Shown: in pieces, positions 23,939-34,674 of the stretch
Position numbering within the stretch: position 1 is the first letter of the stretch
How the letters are laid out: every line of letters begins with the position of its first letter
Source of the DNA: Chthoniobacterales bacterium
Lineage (GTDB): Bacteria > Verrucomicrobiota > Verrucomicrobiia > Chthoniobacterales > JACTMZ01
DNA: 53,367 bases
NCBI GenBank assembly: GCA_049315725.1
Contig: JBMOJP010000004.1
Location: 1-53,367 of the forward strand
Direction of reading: 5' to 3'
Notes under the pieces: generated by a model
Databases searched by the model: none
Seen by the model: only the letters and a program-made list of their open reading frames with translations
What the model was told of the DNA's origin: nothing
Translations under genes and position numbers: made by a program

Positions 23939-26900
23939 ATGCACGAGGAATCTATCGCGATCATTGGAATGGGGTGCCGTTTTCCCGGTGCGCTGAACAA
24001 CGTCGAAGACTTTTGGAAGTTCCTTCTCGAGGGGCGCGACGCCGTGGTGGAGATTCCGCCGGATCGCTGGAATATCGGGCGCTTCTACGATCCCGAGCCG
24101 GGGCTTCCGGGCAAATCAATGGCCAAGCACGGTGGGTTCATCGAGGGCATTGATCTTTTTGACCCGCAATTTTTCGGTATTTCCCCGCGCGAGGCTCCCT
24201 ACATCGATCCGCAGCAACGGCTGCTGCTCGAGACCGCGTGGGAGGCCATCGAGGACGCGGGGTTGGTCCTCGACCATGAGCACGGCACCGACATCGGCGT
24301 CTTCGCCGGCATCTCCCACACCGACTATCAGGGCATTCAGGGCGGGGCGACCGATCGCTGCGGCATCAGTCCTCATTCGGCCACCGGCCACGCCCACAGC
24401 ATCGCGGCCAACCGCATTTCCTACTGCCTCAACCTGACCGGGCCGAGTATCGCGATGGACACCGCATGTTCCTCGGCTCTCACCGCCGTGCACGTGGCCT
24501 GCGAGCACCTGCGCAAGGGGCGCTGCGCCACCGCCCTGGCCGGCGGGGTGACGGTCATGATCACGCCGGACGGCTTCATTGGTTTTTCCCAGGCCTCGAT
24601 GTTGTCGCCGGACGGACGGTGCCGTGCCTTCGATGCCTCGGCCAACGGTTTTGTCCGCGGCGAGGGTGCGGGCATGGTTCTGCTCAAGCCGCTGTCCCGG
24701 GCGCTGGCGGATGGTGATCGTGTTTATGCGGTGATCCGTGGCACGTCCGTCAATCAGGACGGCCACACCAACGGGATCATGCTGCCGGGGGAGGAAGCCC
24801 AGACCCGCCTGGTGCGCGAGGCCTGTGCCGACGCCGGCATCGATCCGGCGGATGTCGGCTACGTCGAAGCCCACGGCACCGGCACCGCGGTGGGCGATCC
24901 CATTGAGGCGCACGCGCTGAGCCACGCGCTCTGCGACGGCCGCCCGGCCGAACGACCGCTGGTCATCGGTTCCGTCAAGAGCAACCTCGGCCACCTCGAA
25001 ACCGCGGCCGGCGTGGCCGGTATCATCAAGGCGGCCCTCATCGTCAGCCGCGGCCAGATTCCACCGAGCATCCATTTCGAGACACCAAGCCCGCACATTG
25101 ATTTTGAGGCCTGCCGGCTGCGGGTGCCGACGCGGGTCGAGGCTTTCCCCGAGGTGGCCAGCGGAGCTCGGGTTGTCGGGGTCAATTCCTTCGGTTTCGG
25201 CGGGGCCAATGCCCACGTGATTCTGTCCGCCCCGCCGGCGTCTACGGTGGCGAAGACACCGGTGGTGGATGCGGAGCGCACCTGGCCCTTTGTGCTCTCC
25301 GCCCGCTCGGAGGAATCGCTCAAGGCCTCCGCGGCAAACCTCGCGGCCTGGCTGGAGGAGAAGGCCGGGTCCAACGGCACCGGCCGGTTCCTGCCCGACC
25401 TCGTTTACACTCTCGGGGCCCGCCGGAATCATCATCCTTACCGCCTGACCGCGGCGTCCGCCTCGGCCCGGGGCTTGGCCGAGAGCCTGGCCATGTTCGC
25501 GGGCGCGGGGGCCTGTCCGGGCCTGAACACATCTTTCGCTCCGCATCCGGAGCATTCTCCGCGCGTCGGATTTGTCATGAGCGGGCAGGGACCGCAGTGG
25601 TGGGGGATGGGGCGCGAGCTGATGCGGACCGAACCGGTCTTTCGTCAGGCCATGGAGCGCTGCGCCGCCGCCATGGCGCCTTACGCGCGCTTTAATTTAC
25701 TCGAAGAATTGGGCCGCGATGAGGCGACCACGCGGGTGGCCGAAACCGAAGTCGGGCAGCCGGCCATCTTTGCCATGCAGATCGCGCTGTCTGCTTTGTG
25801 GAAAGCGTGGGGCGTCACTCCCTCGGCCATCACCGGGCACAGCGTCGGCGAGGTGGCGGCGGCTTGTGTGGCGGGAATTCTAACCCTCGAAGAAGCGGCG
25901 CGCATCATTGTTATCCGCGCCCAGGCCATGTCCGGCTGCGCCCGTCACACCGGGGCGATGCTGGCAGTGGGGTTGGACGAGGAGGGGGCGCGGGCCTTGA
26001 TCGAACGCCACGACCCGGCGGCCAGCATTGCGGCGTTCAACGGACCGACTTCGCTCACCATCGCCGGGCTCAAGCCCTCGCTGGAAAAAATGGCGGCCGA
26101 GTTGGAGTCGCGCCAGATTTTCAACCGCTTCGTGCGCGTGCAGCATCCGTTCCATCACGCCATGATGCAGCCGGCCGCCGACGAGCTGACGGCGGCGCTG
26201 GCTGGTCTGGAACCGCAGGCTGGAGACGTGCCGTTCTTCAGCACGGTGACCGGCGCGCTCTGCCCCGGGGCGGATTGCACCGCGGCCTACTGGGGCAGCG
26301 GCATCCGGCAGCCGGTGCGTTTCGTTTCCGCCGTCAACGCCATGGCCGCGCACGGCGTGGATGTCTGGCTGGAGATCAGCGCGCATCCGGCCCTCGCCAT
26401 TTCGTTGCAGGAATGCCTCGGGTCGGTGGGAATCAAGGCTCCGGTCGTTTCCTCCACGCGCCGCGAGCGGGAACAGGAGGCGGCCATGGACGCGGTGCTC
26501 GACCTGCATCGGTTGGGCGTAGCCGTGGATTTTACCTCCCTGACCCCTTCGCGTCATCAACTCAGGCTGCCGACCTACCCTTGGAACAAGGCCCGCTGGT
26601 GGCACGAGTCCAACGAGATGCGCCACAGCCGCCTGAGCGCCGGGGGCAAGGGAATCCTTGATTTTCGTCTGGCCCGGTCCGTGCCCACCTGGGTGGCCCG
26701 CCTCGACGCCCGGCATCTGGCCTACCTGCGCGACCACTGTGTGGACAACCATGTCGTTTTCCCCGCGGCGGCCTTCATCGAAATGGCGCTTGAGGCGGGT
26801 CTCGAGATTTTCGAGAAGCGTCCGTTCGCCATTGAGGACTTTGAGATTCGCAAGCCGCTCATCCTGCCGGAATCAACCAGTCATCTTCTGCTCGAACTGA

Positions 26901-29900
26901 CCTGGGAGGCGACCGAGCGCACTTTCACGATCAAGAGTCTGCTCGAGCCCTCCTCGAGCTGGTCGGTCCACGTGGTCGGCTCGATGCGGGGCGAGCGCGT
27001 GGAAACGACGTTCGAGACCACACGCTGGCTGCCGCCCGAGGGTCGGCTCGATCCGATGGATCTCGAGGAGCATTACCAGCACAAGCGCGACCGCGGGCTG
27101 AATTACGGTCCGGAGTTCCGCGTGGCCCACGAAATTTTCGCCCGGGCCGGTGAGGCGTCGGGCCTGGTCGCCCTCTCGGCCGACGCCGCGCGCCGCGCCG
27201 CGGAGTATGCGGTCCATCCCGTGATCCTCGATGGCGCGCTGCACGTCTTCTCCGCCGGGGCCCGCACGGTGGAGGCACGGGGCCAGAAGTTGAAGCTCCC
27301 CGTGCGGTTCGGTCGCATCGTTTTCCTCCGGTCCCCCGGAGCCCGCAGCCGGGTGCAATCGGCCGTCACCCATTGCAACGAGGAGCTGACCGAGGGGCGC
27401 ATCGGATTGTATGACGAGCAGGGCGAGCCCTGCCTGCTCGTGGATGGTTTTCGGGCCGTCGCCCTTGGCTCCTTGCGCCGGGCGGGATCTTCAACGGGCG
27501 AGGGGAGGGATTTGGTTTATCATGCGGCGTGGGAGCGGCAGCCGGCCCCAGGGCCTCGTCCGGACCTCGAGCCGCTGCCGCTGGAGGATTTGCGCGCCGC
27601 GGCGGCCCGGGCGCTCGGTCAGGTGCTCGATCTTCGTGGCCGTGAACGCTTGGAAAATGTCATGCGCGAGGAAGATGACGTGGCCGCCGCCCAGATCGCC
27701 GCCGGCCTGCGCCGCATGGGCGTCGGAGCAGTCGGAGGCGCAGTCTTTTCGCCAGCATCGCTCGGGGTGCCCCCAGCCATGCAGCCCATTTTTCGGCGTC
27801 TCATGTCTGGCCTGACGGAGCATGAACTTTTGCGGGCCGAGGGTGACGGATGGCGCGTCACGCCCGCTTTCGCCGGTGCGGCCGAGGGCGCTTCCACAAT
27901 CCTGCAGGATTTTATCCGTCATTATCCCGGGCATCTTTGCGAGGTCATGCTCTGTGCCGCGACCGGCGCGGAATTCGAAGCGATCATCCGCGGGGAGAAA
28001 GACGCCATTCAGGTGCTCTTCAGCGGCATGGGGTCGGATCATTTGGAGCAATTTTACGGTGACGGCCTTTATGCCTCGCACTGGGTGACGGCTATCGGCA
28101 CGGCGGTGCGCCAAGCCGCCTCCGCGCGGCCCGAGGGCCGCGGATTGCGCATCCTTGAGGTCGGCGCGGGCACCGGTGGCCTGGCGGCCCAGCTCCTGCC
28201 ACTGCTTGAGCGCGGCGTCCATCAATACGTTTTCACCGATGTTTCCAGCGGCTTCTTCCCTCCCGCCCAGCAGAAACTCGCGGCTTATCCCGAGGTGGAA
28301 TACCGCGCTTACGATCTGGGCCGGAACCCGGAGGATCAGGGGCTGGTCGAGGGAAGTTTCGACTTCATTGTCGGCACGAACGTCGTGCATGCCGTGGCCG
28401 ATGTGCGGGCCTGTCTCACCAACCTGCATCGGCTCCTCGCCCCCGGCGGAACGCTCATGTTTATGGACGTGGCCACCCCGCGGTTGTGGACCGACTCGAT
28501 TTTCGGGCTGACCAGCGGTTGGTGGAGCCTGACCGACCGCGACCTGCGGCCCGAGCACCCGCTGCTGCCGCGGGCCAAGTGGGAGGAAATCCTGCAGAAG
28601 TGCGGGTTTGCGCAGACGCTCAGTCTCCCCGGGCTCTCTCGTCCGGGCGGCGGCGAGGGGCAGATCGGTCTGCTCGCCCGCAAAGCATGGTCCGAGGCGG
28701 CCGCCATCCTCGAAGAATCGGCTGCGCTGGAAGAGACCTCCTGGGTGATTTTTGCCGACCGTCGTGGCCTCGGTGATGCCCTGGCCAACGAAGTGCGGCG
28801 GCGGGGGGCGCGCTGCCGTGTGGTGCGCGCCGGGGCAGAGGACGCTGTGCCGGACGGGGATGTGCGCGTGATCAATCCGCGCCGGGCGGAGAGTTGGATG
28901 CATTTGGCCGGCGAATGGTCGGCGGACGCGCCGCCGCAGAGGTTTGTGCATTTGTGGGCGATGGATGAGGCGGAGCCGGATGCCTCATCCGATGGCCTCA
29001 TCGGAACCGATGCCCTGCTTCATCTCGCGCATGCTTTGGATGTTTTTGCCCCCACGGGGAAATTTCGTTTTGATCTTGTGACTTCCGGGGCTCAACCGGC
29101 GGGGCGTGATCCGGTGGGGGTTGAGGTTGGCGCCGGAGCAACCATCGGTCTTTTCCGGGTCTTCCTGACGGAGCATCCCGGCGCGACCTGCCGCGGGATT
29201 GATCTGCCGGCGGGGGTCTCGGCCGCGGATTGGCGGTTGCTCTGGGACGAGTTGCAGCGCACGGACCCCGAGCGTGAAGTCGCCGTGCGCGGCGAGGCGC
29301 GTTACGTCCAGCGCATGACCCGCGGTTTGCCTGTCGAGGATCGCCCGTTGGATGCATCCATCCCGCTGCGTCTCGAGTCGCGGGAGCGTGGGAGCATCGA
29401 CAGCCTCAAGTTCACGCCGTTTGTGCTGCCCGTCTGCGGGCCCGGAGAGGTGCTCATCAAGGTCCAGGCGGCCGCGTTGAATTTCCGCGACGTGCTCAAG
29501 GCGCTCGGGCTTTATCCCGCCGAGACGGCCGACGCGCGGATGTATGGCGACGAGGTTGCCGGGGAAGTTCTCGCCGTCGGTCCTGGCGTCGATCATGTCA
29601 AGGTGGGCGACCATGTTTTCGGTCTCGCGGTCTTCGGGTTGGCCACGCACACGCTGGCCCGCGCGGCCGATGTGATCCCGGTCCCGGCCGGCATGACTTC
29701 GGAGGAAGCGGCCACGGTGCCGGTGGTTTTCATGACCGCCTGGCACGCACTCGCCAGCGTGGCCCGCCTGCGGGCGGGCGAAAAAGTCCTCGTCCATTCG
29801 GGCGCCGGCGGCGTCGGCATGGCGGCGATTCAGATCGCGCAGCATCTTGGCGCCGAGGTCATCGCCTCGGCCGGAAGTCCCGGTAAGCGCGCCCTTCTCG

Positions 29901-31621
29901 AGACCCTGGGGGTCGAGCATGTCATCGACTCACGGCGCGGCGACTTTGCCGAGCGGGTCCTCGAGTTGACCGGTGGTCGCGGGGTCGACGCGGTGGTCAA
30001 CGCGCTGGCCGGTGAGGCCATTCCCATGGGGCTTTCGTGCCTGGCCGAGTTCGGACGTTTCATCGAGATCGGCAAGCGCGACATCTACCAGAATTCCAAA
30101 CTGCCGCTCTGGCACCTCCGCCGCAACGCGTCCTTCCATGTGGTCGCGATGGACGCTGTTTTCGCCGGTGATGCGGAATTGACCCGCGGGCTCCTCGCCG
30201 AGGTGGCCGGCCTGATGGCTCGGGGCGCGCTCCAACCCCTGCCTTACCGGTCCTTCCCGGCTTGCCGGGCGGATGCGGCTTTCCGTCTGATGGCGGCCGG
30301 CAAGCACACCGGGAAAGTCCTGCTCGCTTTCACCGACGCTTTCATGGTGGCAACCGGGACGGTGCCGCGACCATCTTTCAACGTTGATCCTGCCGCAACC
30401 TACCTCATCACCGGCGGCTTCGGCGGATTTGGCAAAGTCTTGGCCCGCTGGCTGTCCGACCGTGGGGCGCGGCACCTTGTCCTGGCCGGGCGGCAGGGCG
30501 AGGCCACGCCTGGTGCGGCGGAATTTATCGCCGAACTGCAGACCGCCGGCGCGGAAACTTTGAGTCTTCGGGCCGATGCCGGATCATCGGTCGACTTGGA
30601 GAAACTCTTTGCTGCCATCCGCGCTTGTGGTCGTCCGCTCAAGGGCGTGTTCCACCTCGCCATGGTCATCGACGATGCGTCGCTGGCCGACCTGACTCCC
30701 GCGAGAATGTCCGCGGTCATGCGCCCCAAGGCCCTCGGTGCGTGGTTGCTGCATGAGCACACGCGCGGCATGAACCTCGACGCCTTCGTCCTGTTTTCCT
30801 CCGCCTCGAGTATTTTCGGCAATCCCGGCCAGGGAAACTATGCCGCCGCCAATGCCTTCCTCGACAGCCTGGCCCATCATCGGCAGGCCCTCGGCTTGCC
30901 CGCCCTCGCCGTCAACTGGGGTGTCCTCGGCGGCGATGGTTATGTGGCCCGCAACGAAAAGGTCGCCGAGTATTTGGCGCGTCAGGGCACCCTTGCGCTC
31001 GAACCGAAGGAGGTCGTGTCCCTGCTCGAATCCTTCCTCGACGCCCGGGTGGCTCAAGTGGCGGCTTTGCGGGTCGATTGGGGCAAATGGCGGCAGGCCT
31101 TTCGCAGCCTGCAGGACAGCCCGTTTCACGAGCGCGTGTTTGCCTCCGCTGTCGAGACCGAGGAGACCTCAAGCAAGGCGGGTGACTGGCGCGGGCGCAT
31201 CGACGCGGCGCCCCCGGAGGAGCGCGAGTCGGTCATCGTCCGCGCCCTGCAGGAAGTCGTCGGCTCGGTGCTCCGGGTCAAGCCCGAGTCCCTGCGACCG
31301 GACCAACCCTTGACCGACCTCGGCCTCGACTCGCTCATGGGCGTGGAAATCGAAAATCTCATCGAGGGTTCCATCGGTGTGACCCTGCCCCCCACCAGTC
31401 TGATGCGGGCGCGGACCATCGGGCAGATTGCCACCCTCATCCACGGGCACCTTGGCGGCGAGCAGCGGCCCGGTACGTCTCCGGCCCAGGCGGCCGCCGG
31501 GGCCGAGGAGGAGGTTTCGTTGGCCGAACTTGATCTGGAGGCCCTGGGCGTGGACGACCTTGATGAATTGGGCCCTCCCAGCAGCGCGTCGAGGATCAAC
31601 ATCCCCGCGGGCGCCTCCTGA
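23939..31621 (+). CDS. fully reducing single-module type I polyketide synthase, KS-AT-DH-cMT-ER-KR-ACP, no thioesterase
   Basis: The domains, from a hand count, are as follows. KS is aa 4-430 (nt 23948..25228; DTACSS Cys177, EAHGTGT, GHLE). AT is aa 543-840 (nt 25565..26458; GHSVGE Ser634, HPFH). DH is aa 905-1180 (nt 26651..27478; HCVDNHVVFP, ILDGALH). The methyltransferase is aa 1320-1580 (nt 27896..28678; ILEVGAGTGG). ER is aa 1815-2130 (nt 29381..30328; HSGAGGVG). KR is aa 2153-2335 (nt 30395..30943; ITGGFGGFG, GQGNYAAAN). ACP is aa 2425-2505 (nt 31211..31453; LGLDSL Ser2465). There is an acidic C-terminal tail. Confidence 0.9.
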   Translation: MHEESIAIIGMGCRFPGALNNVEDFWKFLLEGRDAVVEIPPDRWNIGRFYDPEPGLPGKSMAKHGGFIEGIDLFDPQFFGISPREAPYIDPQQRLLLETAWEAIEDAGLVLDHEHGTDIGVFAGISHTDYQGIQGGATDRCGISPHSATGHAHSIAANRISYCLNLTGPSIAMDTACSSALTAVHVACEHLRKGRCATALAGGVTVMITPDGFIGFSQASMLSPDGRCRAFDASANGFVRGEGAGMVLLKPLSRALADGDRVYAVIRGTSVNQDGHTNGIMLPGEEAQTRLVREACADAGIDPADVGYVEAHGTGTAVGDPIEAHALSHALCDGRPAERPLVIGSVKSNLGHLETAAGVAGIIKAALIVSRGQIPPSIHFETPSPHIDFEACRLRVPTRVEAFPEVASGARVVGVNSFGFGGANAHVILSAPPASTVAKTPVVDAERTWPFVLSARSEESLKASAANLAAWLEEKAGSNGTGRFLPDLVYTLGARRNHHPYRLTAASASARGLAESLAMFAGAGACPGLNTSFAPHPEHSPRVGFVMSGQGPQWWGMGRELMRTEPVFRQAMERCAAAMAPYARFNLLEELGRDEATTRVAETEVGQPAIFAMQIALSALWKAWGVTPSAITGHSVGEVAAACVAGILTLEEAARIIVIRAQAMSGCARHTGAMLAVGLDEEGARALIERHDPAASIAAFNGPTSLTIAGLKPSLEKMAAELESRQIFNRFVRVQHPFHHAMMQPAADELTAALAGLEPQAGDVPFFSTVTGALCPGADCTAAYWGSGIRQPVRFVSAVNAMAAHGVDVWLEISAHPALAISLQECLGSVGIKAPVVSSTRREREQEAAMDAVLDLHRLGVAVDFTSLTPSRHQLRLPTYPWNKARWWHESNEMRHSRLSAGGKGILDFRLARSVPTWVARLDARHLAYLRDHCVDNHVVFPAAAFIEMALEAGLEIFEKRPFAIEDFEIRKPLILPESTSHLLLELTWEATERTFTIKSLLEPSSSWSVHVVGSMRGERVETTFETTRWLPPEGRLDPMDLEEHYQHKRDRGLNYGPEFRVAHEIFARAGEASGLVALSADAARRAAEYAVHPVILDGALHVFSAGARTVEARGQKLKLPVRFGRIVFLRSPGARSRVQSAVTHCNEELTEGRIGLYDEQGEPCLLVDGFRAVALGSLRRAGSSTGEGRDLVYHAAWERQPAPGPRPDLEPLPLEDLRAAAARALGQVLDLRGRERLENVMREEDDVAAAQIAAGLRRMGVGAVGGAVFSPASLGVPPAMQPIFRRLMSGLTEHELLRAEGDGWRVTPAFAGAAEGASTILQDFIRHYPGHLCEVMLCAATGAEFEAIIRGEKDAIQVLFSGMGSDHLEQFYGDGLYASHWVTAIGTAVRQAASARPEGRGLRILEVGAGTGGLAAQLLPLLERGVHQYVFTDVSSGFFPPAQQKLAAYPEVEYRAYDLGRNPEDQGLVEGSFDFIVGTNVVHAVADVRACLTNLHRLLAPGGTLMFMDVATPRLWTDSIFGLTSGWWSLTDRDLRPEHPLLPRAKWEEILQKCGFAQTLSLPGLSRPGGGEGQIGLLARKAWSEAAAILEESAALEETSWVIFADRRGLGDALANEVRRRGARCRVVRAGAEDAVPDGDVRVINPRRAESWMHLAGEWSADAPPQRFVHLWAMDEAEPDASSDGLIGTDALLHLAHALDVFAPTGKFRFDLVTSGAQPAGRDPVGVEVGAGATIGLFRVFLTEHPGATCRGIDLPAGVSAADWRLLWDELQRTDPEREVAVRGEARYVQRMTRGLPVEDRPLDASIPLRLESRERGSIDSLKFTPFVLPVCGPGEVLIKVQAAALNFRDVLKALGLYPAETADARMYGDEVAGEVLAVGPGVDHVKVGDHVFGLAVFGLATHTLARAADVIPVPAGMTSEEAATVPVVFMTAWHALASVARLRAGEKVLVHSGAGGVGMAAIQIAQHLGAEVIASAGSPGKRALLETLGVEHVIDSRRGDFAERVLELTGGRGVDAVVNALAGEAIPMGLSCLAEFGRFIEIGKRDIYQNSKLPLWHLRRNASFHVVAMDAVFAGDAELTRGLLAEVAGLMARGALQPLPYRSFPACRADAAFRLMAAGKHTGKVLLAFTDAFMVATGTVPRPSFNVDPAATYLITGGFGGFGKVLARWLSDRGARHLVLAGRQGEATPGAAEFIAELQTAGAETLSLRADAGSSVDLEKLFAAIRACGRPLKGVFHLAMVIDDASLADLTPARMSAVMRPKALGAWLLHEHTRGMNLDAFVLFSSASSIFGNPGQGNYAAANAFLDSLAHHRQALGLPALAVNWGVLGGDGYVARNEKVAEYLARQGTLALEPKEVVSLLESFLDARVAQVAALRVDWGKWRQAFRSLQDSPFHERVFASAVETEETSSKAGDWRGRIDAAPPEERESVIVRALQEVVGSVLRVKPESLRPDQPLTDLGLDSLMGVEIENLIEGSIGVTLPPTSLMRARTIGQIATLIHGHLGGEQRPGTSPAQAAAGAEEEVSLAELDLEALGVDDLDELGPPSSASRINIPAGAS

Positions 31622-31631
31622 TTTGGCCCGG

Positions 31632-32993
31632 ATGGAAACCGATGTCCGCACACGATTGCAGGAGATGGTGGCAAGCGGTCAGGTGCGCCTGCAGCCGCTG
31701 ACCTTTCCCCAGCGCGAATTGTGGGAAACTTCCTTCGTTCCCCCGACCGACCCTTCCCATACGATAGGCTCGTTCCTCGACATCCGCGGGCCCTTGTCAT
31801 TTGCCATGTGCCGCGACGCCCTCCGCCTCGTCATCGAGCGGCAGGAGGTCATGCGCACGTCATTCTTGCCGGGCAAGGATCGGCCGGTGCAAATGATCCG
31901 GGCCCACGCGGAACCCGTCCTGACCTATCGCGAACTCGCTTCCGGCGAAGCGGACGACGCGAACATTCTTGAGGTTTTGCACGAGAGCTTTCGTCGTCCC
32001 TTCGATCTGGTGCGCGGACCACTTTACCGCCTGGAAATGCTGCGACGTGGGCCGGACCATCACGCTCTGGGCCTGGGCATCCACCATGCCATTGCCGACG
32101 GGTGGACGGTGACCAGCTTTGTGGAGGATTTTTGCACCGCGTGCGTCATTGTCTGGCGCAAGGCGGGCAAGGACATGTCGCGACTGCGTGGTATCCGGGA
32201 TTCCCTGCCCCCGCTCGCCCTGACGTATTCAGCCTGGGGCGCGGCCGAGCGTGTGCGCTGGCAACCAGCTCGACTCGAACCGCACGCGGCCTATTGGCAG
32301 GACCGTTTGTCCGGCACGAAGCTGCTCTTTGACGCTCCCGCGGAGACAGCCCTCGCGCCCATGGAAAAATGGACGACCTCGCTGCCCGCCGAGCTGGCCG
32401 AGCCTCTGCGCGCCCTGGCCAAGCGGTCGGAGACGACGCTTTTCAGCGTGCTCGCCACGGCTTTCCGTCTGGCCCTCTTCCGCTGGAAAGGTGCGGATGA
32501 CGTGGTGTTGGGCACACCCGTGGCCGGCCGGGCCAAGGCGGCCAGCAAAGAGGTCATGGGCTATTTTTCCGGCATCGTTCCGCTGCGGGCCCGGCTTGAT
32601 CCGGCGCTTTCGTTCGAGCAGATGCTGGAGGAGGTTCACCGGCAGGCGGTGGATGATTTCGCCCACGCCATGCCATTCGTCGAATTGGCGGCCGCCGTCG
32701 AGCGCGGGGCGCCACGCCGACGGCACGCGATTTTCGACGTGCGGTTCGCCGTGCAGAATCATCCGTGGCCCAGCATTAAGATCCCCGGCATTTCGACCAA
32801 GCTCCGCACGCTGACGAGTGGCACCTCGCGCTTTGACATCGCCTGCGAGCTAACGGAGGATGGCCGCATGTTGGAGTTGATTTGGCTCCACCGGCCGACG
32901 GTCATGACCGCGTTGGAAGTTCGCGATTTGGACCGGATTTTCCGAGAGGTCTTGGTCGAAGCCGGAACGCGACCAGCTCCGACCACGAACTGA
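31632..32993 (+). CDS. stand-alone condensation-domain acyltransferase (NRPS C / PapA-like)
   Basis: LGIHHAIADGWT (HHxxxDG) motif. 453 aa. Starts 10 nt after the PKS stop. Confidence 0.8.
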   Translation: METDVRTRLQEMVASGQVRLQPLTFPQRELWETSFVPPTDPSHTIGSFLDIRGPLSFAMCRDALRLVIERQEVMRTSFLPGKDRPVQMIRAHAEPVLTYRELASGEADDANILEVLHESFRRPFDLVRGPLYRLEMLRRGPDHHALGLGIHHAIADGWTVTSFVEDFCTACVIVWRKAGKDMSRLRGIRDSLPPLALTYSAWGAAERVRWQPARLEPHAAYWQDRLSGTKLLFDAPAETALAPMEKWTTSLPAELAEPLRALAKRSETTLFSVLATAFRLALFRWKGADDVVLGTPVAGRAKAASKEVMGYFSGIVPLRARLDPALSFEQMLEEVHRQAVDDFAHAMPFVELAAAVERGAPRRRHAIFDVRFAVQNHPWPSIKIPGISTKLRTLTSGTSRFDIACELTEDGRMLELIWLHRPTVMTALEVRDLDRIFREVLVEAGTRPAPTTN

Positions 32994-33961
32994 TGAACGA
33001 AACCACTTTGACCGTGAAACCTGAGGCCCCTGCGGGCTTCGAGCCTTGGGCGCACCACGCAGCTTTCTCACTCGTGGCCGGGTTGTTCTACACCACGATG
33101 GGCGTGATGGCGCTGTGCCTTTATCAAGGGTGGATCTGGCCTTTGATTCCGCTGGTCCTGCTCTCGAGTCACCTCATGCACGCCATGCTCATCGCCTTCC
33201 ATGAGGCCGCCCATGGCAACCTCCGCAAGAGCAAGCTCTTGAATGAAATTGACGGAATTGTTGTCGGCATGATCAGCGTGACGCCATTCATGCTCTACCG
33301 GGCGTTGCATCAGAAACACCACGTGAACCTTGCGACTGAGAAGGACGTGGAGCTCTGGCCCTTCGTTGACCCGCAGGAGCCTCTTTGGTGGCGGCGCGTG
33401 GCGGCCTTCCTCGAATTGAACTTCGGTTTCTTTTACACGCCCTACCTTTTCTGGCGCGTCTTTCTCCAGCGTCCTTCGCCGGTGACCAACCGCGCTGTGC
33501 GACGCCGCATCTGGGTGGAGACGGCGGGAATGATTCTCTTCTGGGGCACCGTGCTGGGGCTCGTGGCCTACTTTCAAGTGTGGACTTGGTTTCTCGTCCT
33601 CTACTTCATCCCGGCCTTCATCGCGGGCAATCTACAAAGCTGGCGCAAATACATCGAGCATGTCGGCTTGAGCGGCAACACCGGCCGGAGCGCGACCCGC
33701 AGCATCGTCGGTGACACCTTGCCCGGCCGCATCGTCTCCATTTCCCTCCTGCACCAGCCGTTGCATGGCGTGCATCACATCAAGAGTTCCCTGCCGCACG
33801 AACAGTTGTCCGATCATGTGGACTGGCTCATGCCCGAGGATGACGGCGACACCGTGCCATTCCCAACCTATCGCGCGGCCTTTGCCGATCTGCTCAAATG
33901 CCTGGCCGACCCGCGGGTCGGCGGACAATGGGCGACCGCGTCGGCGCCCCGCGCCACCTGA
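32993..33961 (+). CDS. membrane fatty-acid desaturase/hydroxylase-family di-iron enzyme
   Basis: Three His boxes (HEAAHG, HQKHH, HGVHH) and 4 TM segments. The start overlaps the upstream stop (TGATG). Confidence 0.8.
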   Translation: MNETTLTVKPEAPAGFEPWAHHAAFSLVAGLFYTTMGVMALCLYQGWIWPLIPLVLLSSHLMHAMLIAFHEAAHGNLRKSKLLNEIDGIVVGMISVTPFMLYRALHQKHHVNLATEKDVELWPFVDPQEPLWWRRVAAFLELNFGFFYTPYLFWRVFLQRPSPVTNRAVRRRIWVETAGMILFWGTVLGLVAYFQVWTWFLVLYFIPAFIAGNLQSWRKYIEHVGLSGNTGRSATRSIVGDTLPGRIVSISLLHQPLHGVHHIKSSLPHEQLSDHVDWLMPEDDGDTVPFPTYRAAFADLLKCLADPRVGGQWATASAPRAT

Positions 33962-33963
33962 TC

Positions 33964-34674
33964 ATGTCGGACCACGCCGTGGCCGCAGATGACCGCACGC
34001 TTTTCGAGGCCGTCGGGCTGGCCAAGGAATACGACGACGGTCGCGTGCCCGCTCTGCGCGGGGTCAATTTTCGCATCAAGCGGGGTGAGTTCGTTTCGAT
34101 TGTCGGCCCCAGCGGCTGCGGCAAGACCACGCTGCTCAACATGCTCGGCCTGCTCGACACCCCGACCGGGGGTGAGTTGTGTTACGGCGGCACGGCGCTT
34201 TCGAGGGTCGCCGATCCCGCCACCTACCGCGCCCGCGAAGTCGGCTTCATCTTCCAGTCGTTCCACCTCCTGCCGACCTTCACCGTGGAGGAGAACGTGC
34301 AGATCCCCATGTTCGGCCTGCCGTGGAAACGCACCGAGCGCCAAGCCCGCGCGGTGGAGTTGCTGACCGCCGTCGGTCTGTCCCATCGCCTCGGTCATCT
34401 GCCGGTCAAACTCTCCGGCGGGGAGCGGCAGCGCGCCGCCATTGCCCGCAGTCTGGCCAATCGCCCGTCCATTCTTCTCGCGGACGAGCCCACGGGGAAT
34501 CTTGATAGCAAGAATGCGGGCCTCATCATGGAACTTCTCAAACGTCTTCAACAAGAGCACGAGGCCACGCTTGTCCTCGTGACCCACGACCCCGAGGTGG
34601 CCAGCCACGCCTCGCGCCTCATTCGCATGAAAGACGGCCAAATCCTGTCCGACGCCGCAGCCGTCAACGCATGA
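33964..34674 (+). CDS. ABC transporter ATP-binding protein, LolD/MacB type
   Basis: Walker [10 protein letters not shown], signature LSGGERQR, Walker [13 protein letters not shown]-loop VTHD. Confidence 0.85.
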   Translation: MSDHAVAADDRTLFEAVGLAKEYDDGRVPALRGVNFRIKRGEFVSIVGPSGCGKTTLLNMLGLLDTPTGGELCYGGTALSRVADPATYRAREVGFIFQSFHLLPTFTVEENVQIPMFGLPWKRTERQARAVELLTAVGLSHRLGHLPVKLSGGERQRAAIARSLANRPSILLADEPTGNLDSKNAGLIMELLKRLQQEHEATLVLVTHDPEVASHASRLIRMKDGQILSDAAAVNA

